The notes below the pieces were generated by a model. That model saw only the letters and a program-made list of their open reading frames with translations. It did no database searches and was not told the origin of the DNA. Shown here in pieces: positions 60,023-64,000 of a stretch of 64,000 bases of DNA (its first letter is position 1; each line of letters begins with the position of its first letter). Made by a program: the position numbers and the translations under genes. This stretch comes from an uncultured Verrucomicrobiae bacterium (GTDB taxonomy: Bacteria; Verrucomicrobiota; Verrucomicrobiia; Chthoniobacterales; UBA10450), in contig CAWFGO010000001.1 in assembly GCA_963815455.1 (NCBI GenBank), forward strand, positions 160,001-224,000. Reading direction: 5' to 3'.

Positions 60023-62251
60023 ATGCCGTTTCAGCTCGAGTCGAACTACCAGCCACGTGGCGACCAGGGCCAGGCCATAGCCAAGCTGATCAAGTCCGTC
60101 CAAGCCGGTAACCGGCATCAGACGCTGCTTGGCGTGACCGGATCGGGGAAGACGTTCACGATCGCGAATGTCATCCGTGAGGTCGATCGGCCGACCCTGG
60201 TGATTTCGCACAACAAGACGCTGGCCGCGCAGCTTTACTCCGAGTTCAAACAATTTTTCCCGAAAAACGCGGTCGAATATTTCGTCAGCTACTTCGATTA
60301 TTACCAGCCGGAAGCGTACATCCCGCGCTCGGACACCTACATCGAGAAGGATTCGTCAATCAATGAGGAGATCGAGCGGCTCCGGCTTTCGACAGCGAGC
60401 TCCTTGCTTTCACGACGCGATGTGATCGTAGTGGCCAGCGTTTCGTGCATCTATGGCGTGACTTCTCCGGAGGATTACGAACGGATGCTGCTCACGGTGA
60501 AGCGGGGCCAACAAGTCAGTCGAGAGGCGGTGCTCGGTCGTTTGATCGACATGTTATACGAGCGCAACGACGTCAGTTTTTCCCGGGGCAGGTTTCGCGT
60601 GCGCGGCGACGTGGTCGAGGTGTATCCGGCCACCGCCGACGAAGAAGGGATTCGCCTCGAGTTTTTCGGCGACGAGCTCGATGCCATTACCCGGTTCGAT
60701 CCTCTCACCGGTCATGCTCATGAATCGCTCGGCATGATCACATTTTTCCCGGCCAAACAATTCGTGACGCCGGCGGACAAACTGAATCGCGCTCTGGGCA
60801 CGATCCGAACCGAGCTTGAGCAACGAATCATCGAACTCGAGTCGCATGACAAATTACTCGAAGCCCAACGGCTTCGGATGCGTACCGAATACGACTTGGA
60901 GATGTTGCAGGAAATGGGTTTTTGCAATGGCATCGAGAATTACTCGCGCCATTTGTCGGGACGCCCGCCCGGATCGAAGCCGTACACGATCATCGATTTC
61001 TTTCCGAAGGATTTTCTCGTCGTGGTGGACGAATCGCACGCCACGATCCCGCAAATCGGCGGAATGTACGAAGGCGACCGCTCGCGTAAGACGGTGTTGG
61101 TCAATTACGGTTTTCGTCTGCCCAGCGCGCTCGACAATCGCCCCCTGAATTTCGACGAGTTCATGAAGACCACCAACCAGCTCATTTATGCCAGCGCGAC
61201 CCCGGCTGAGTTTGAGATTCAAAACAGCATCGCGGGAAACGACAAATATTTTCCGCACAAACGGCAGCGAATTGGCCAGGACGAACCAGTCCCGTTTGTG
61301 TTGCCCGGAGAGAAACGCCCAACGCTCAACGCCCAACGCTCAACGCTCAATGAAGGCGTGCAAATTTCGCGCACCGACGAGCCGGTGGAGAAATTCGATG
61401 TTCACACGCCGGGCGCCCAGCTCGTGGTTGAACAGATCATTCGGCCGACTGGTCTTCTCGATCCAAAAATCACCATCAAACCGCTCAAACAGCAGATTGA
61501 CGACACGATCGAGCTTTGCCGGCAGCGGGTTGAAAAAGGCGAGCGCGTTCTCATCACGACTTTGACGAAACGCACGGCCGAAGATCTGGCCGATTATTTG
61601 CGCGATGTCGGATTGAAAGTGCGCTACTTGCACAGCGACATCGACACGATCGAGCGGGTGGAAATCTTGCGCGGGCTGCGGGCCGCCGATTTCGACATTC
61701 TTGTCGGAATTAATCTGCTTCGCGAAGGTCTCGATCTTCCCGAGGTGTCGCTGGTCTGCATCCTCGACGCCGACAAGGAAGGTTTTCTGCGCAGCCAAAC
61801 TTCGCTTATCCAGACCGCCGGGCGCGCTGCGCGACACGTGAATGGCGAGGTGGTTCTCTTTGCCGATCAAATGACACGCAGCATGGAAGCGCTCATCTCG
61901 ATCTCCGAATACCGGCGGGCCAAGCAAATGGAATACAACGAAAAGCACGGGATCACGCCGCAAACGGTGCGTCGCGCGGTCCAGGAAAGCCTGCACACAA
62001 TCCTGCGCGGTCGCGAAATCGCTGCCTCGGTGATTCAGGAAGCCGGCGGCGATTTCAATATCACCGAATTGCTCCGCGAACTCGAAGACGAAATGCAACA
62101 GGCTTCGGCCAATCTCGAATTCGAACGCGCCGCGCTTCTGCGGGACCAGATCATGGAAGTCAAAAGCGGCGCCGGCATCGCAAAAATCGAACCCAAGCGC
62201 CGCCCGGTTAAGTACACGCGTAACGCCGGACGGCGTGGTTCGCGCGTTTAA
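60023..62251 (+). CDS. uvrB: Excinuclease ABC subunit B, with a ~60-aa internal insertion
   Basis: LLGVTGSGKTFT, YYQPEAY, DESH, GFRLPSALDNRPL, INLLREGLD, QTAGRAAR and the C-terminal FERAALLRD. Confidence 0.97.
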   Translation: MPFQLESNYQPRGDQGQAIAKLIKSVQAGNRHQTLLGVTGSGKTFTIANVIREVDRPTLVISHNKTLAAQLYSEFKQFFPKNAVEYFVSYFDYYQPEAYIPRSDTYIEKDSSINEEIERLRLSTASSLLSRRDVIVVASVSCIYGVTSPEDYERMLLTVKRGQQVSREAVLGRLIDMLYERNDVSFSRGRFRVRGDVVEVYPATADEEGIRLEFFGDELDAITRFDPLTGHAHESLGMITFFPAKQFVTPADKLNRALGTIRTELEQRIIELESHDKLLEAQRLRMRTEYDLEMLQEMGFCNGIENYSRHLSGRPPGSKPYTIIDFFPKDFLVVVDESHATIPQIGGMYEGDRSRKTVLVNYGFRLPSALDNRPLNFDEFMKTTNQLIYASATPAEFEIQNSIAGNDKYFPHKRQRIGQDEPVPFVLPGEKRPTLNAQRSTLNEGVQISRTDEPVEKFDVHTPGAQLVVEQIIRPTGLLDPKITIKPLKQQIDDTIELCRQRVEKGERVLITTLTKRTAEDLADYLRDVGLKVRYLHSDIDTIERVEILRGLRAADFDILVGINLLREGLDLPEVSLVCILDADKEGFLRSQTSLIQTAGRAARHVNGEVVLFADQMTRSMEALISISEYRRAKQMEYNEKHGITPQTVRRAVQESLHTILRGREIAASVIQEAGGDFNITELLRELEDEMQQASANLEFERAALLRDQIMEVKSGAGIAKIEPKRRPVKYTRNAGRRGSRV
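61314..61348 (+). repeat. Five tandem AACGC(C/T)C heptamers inside uvrB
   Basis: AACGCCC AACGCTC AACGCCC AACGCTC AACGCTC. Confidence 0.85.
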
Positions 62252-62286
62252 AATGTTGTAGCCGGGATCGATGATCCCGGCCGCTT

Positions 62287-63684
62287 TCAGAACACTGCCC
62301 CGCCCATGATGAGCAAAGCAATACTGAAATAAATGATTAGCCCGGTAACATCGACAAGCGTAGCCACGAACGGCGCGGAGGACGTCGCGGGGTCGGCACC
62401 AATCCGGCGCAAGAGAAACGGTAGCATCGATCCGGAAAGGGAGCCCCACAAGACCACTCCCACCAGAGCAATGCCCACGGTGAGAGCGACCAACGGCCAG
62501 TGTTCGCCGTATGGTTGACGATGGAAATAATTTTCACCGATCATGGCCCAGGCGCTCACGCGAATAACACCGATCAGCCCCAGAATTCCCCCGAGAGCGA
62601 GACCGGCCTGAATTTCGCGGCCCATTACCCGCCACCAATCGCGCAAGTGCACCTCGCCCAGCGCCATGGCCCGGATCATCAACGTTGATGCCTGCGAGCC
62701 GGAGTTGCCGCCGCTGGAGATGATTAACGGCAGGAACAACGCCAGGACCAGCGCTTTGGCGAGCTCGTCCTGATATGCCGCCATCGCCGTCGCGGTCAAC
62801 ATTTCACCCAGGAACAACACCACCAGCCAAACCGCCCGCTTTCGCACCATCTGATAAAAGGAAAGACGCATGTATGGTTCATCCAAGGCTTCCACGCCGC
62901 CGAATTTCTGAATGTCCTCAGTCGCTTCTTCCTCGGCCACGTCGAGCATGTCGTCGATGGTGACGATGCCCACCAGCACGCCGCTCGAATCGACCACCGG
63001 AAGCGCGGTGCGATCGTACTTGCGAAAAACATTCAGCGCGTCCTGCTGAGAATCGGTCACGTTTAACGCCACGAAAGTTTTTTGCATCAAGTCGCGGACC
63101 GAATGAGCCAGAGGTTTGAGCAAAAACTCGCGCATCCGGATGTCGTCGATGAGTTTGCCGCGAGCATCGACAACGTAGATGACGTTGAGGGTTTCGCTGT
63201 CCTGACCGTGTTCGCGGATGTAATCGAGCACTTCCTGCACGGTCCAGTTTTCGTCCACGGCAATAAAATCCGGCGTCATCAACCGGCCGACGCTGCCTTC
63301 CGGATAGCCCAGCAACGCTTGCGCGATTCGCCGTTCCTCAGGCGTGAGTAATTTGATCAACTGCCGCGACGCCGCGCTCGGCATTTCCTCCAGCAGCGCC
63401 GTGCGATCGTCCGGCGACATTTCATTCAGAATGGCCACGACCTGTTCGTGCGCCATCGCCCGCAGCAATGTCTGTTGCGCCTCCAGATCGAGATACTCGA
63501 AAACGTCCGCCGCCAGGGCCGAGGGCAAGACGCGGAAGATGATCACTCGATCGTTTTCATCCATGTCGAGGATCACCTCCGCGACGTCGGCCGGCGGCCA
63601 TTCCCGGAACATCTCCCGCAACGCGCCGAAGCTGCGCGCCTCGATCAGGCTCTTGATTTCGGGAAGTAAGAGTTTGCCGACCAT
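62287..63684 (-). CDS. mgtE: Magnesium transporter MgtE
   Basis: N-domain, CBS pair (GRLMTPD...GIVTIDD), [10 protein letters not shown] and [15 protein letters not shown]. Confidence 0.96.
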   Translation of the reverse strand: MVGKLLLPEIKSLIEARSFGALREMFREWPPADVAEVILDMDENDRVIIFRVLPSALAADVFEYLDLEAQQTLLRAMAHEQVVAILNEMSPDDRTALLEEMPSAASRQLIKLLTPEERRIAQALLGYPEGSVGRLMTPDFIAVDENWTVQEVLDYIREHGQDSETLNVIYVVDARGKLIDDIRMREFLLKPLAHSVRDLMQKTFVALNVTDSQQDALNVFRKYDRTALPVVDSSGVLVGIVTIDDMLDVAEEEATEDIQKFGGVEALDEPYMRLSFYQMVRKRAVWLVVLFLGEMLTATAMAAYQDELAKALVLALFLPLIISSGGNSGSQASTLMIRAMALGEVHLRDWWRVMGREIQAGLALGGILGLIGVIRVSAWAMIGENYFHRQPYGEHWPLVALTVGIALVGVVLWGSLSGSMLPFLLRRIGADPATSSAPFVATLVDVTGLIIYFSIALLIMGGAVF

Positions 63685-63829
63685 AACGGAGCGTAGGAAG
63701 CGCCGCCGAGTTTTAACACCGGGCTCGAACAAGCGCAATCGTTCAACGGTTCTGGAAACGCCCCGACAGACCGGGACGGCTACACGTCTGCGCTTGGAAT
63801 TAATCGGAAACCGTCCAAAATAACAGCCA

Positions 63830-64000
63830 ATGCCAGCAACACTCACCGGCTCAATGATCCAACGCGAAATCGGGAACGATCACATTTGCGTGCTCACATT
63901 TGATCGCCCCGAATCGGGCGCGAACATTTTCGACGCGCCGACGCTGAGCGATCTCAGTAAACATGTCGATGTTATTGAGAAGGATCAGTCGCTGCGCGGT
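63830..64000 (+). CDS. N-terminus of an enoyl-CoA hydratase / fatty-acid oxidation complex alpha subunit (FadB/FadJ-like), partial
   Basis: Manual translation: [57 protein letters not shown]. Confidence 0.7.
   Translation, partial: MPATLTGSMIQREIGNDHICVLTFDRPESGANIFDAPTLSDLSKHVDVIEKDQSLRG

Noticed and set aside
61229..61423. Intein in UvrB
   Set aside because: Too short, with no N-terminal Cys/Ser plus C-terminal His-Asn signature.

Overview
Gene-dense, GC-rich bacterial chromosome segment. The gene content and protein families (SRKTHG-dockerin proteins, expanded cyclase/TolB-like/TPR paralogs, hopanoid genes) suggest a soil Verrucomicrobiota of the Chthoniobacterales type; this is an inference. 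It carries housekeeping genes (tkt, rsmA-Nudix fusion, dapL, sodA, shc, hpnH, nth, hflX, miaA, alkA, uvrB, mgtE), a lipid-remodelling cluster, two M3 peptidase paralogs flanking accessory secreted and outer-membrane genes, one tRNA(CAT), and a RAYT transposase with its REPs. Many genes are broken by single-base indels, most likely long-read errors. The standout is at 13.89-14.35 kb. An intact tRNA(CAT) and an 80-aa stand-alone GIY-YIG nuclease are flanked by two partial copies of that tRNA, and in both copies the anticodon stem-loop is precisely replaced by the same perfect 18-bp palindrome, CCCCGAAAGCTTTCGGGG. A one-mismatch copy of the palindrome sits in the loop of a REP hairpin at 45.1 kb. 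The window also holds at least five families of small palindromic repeats that nest in one another, insert in frame into proteins (MiaA, RAYT, an acyltransferase-hydrolase) and supply start and stop codons. There are three candidate structured RNAs. All calls were made by eye; no database searches were run.
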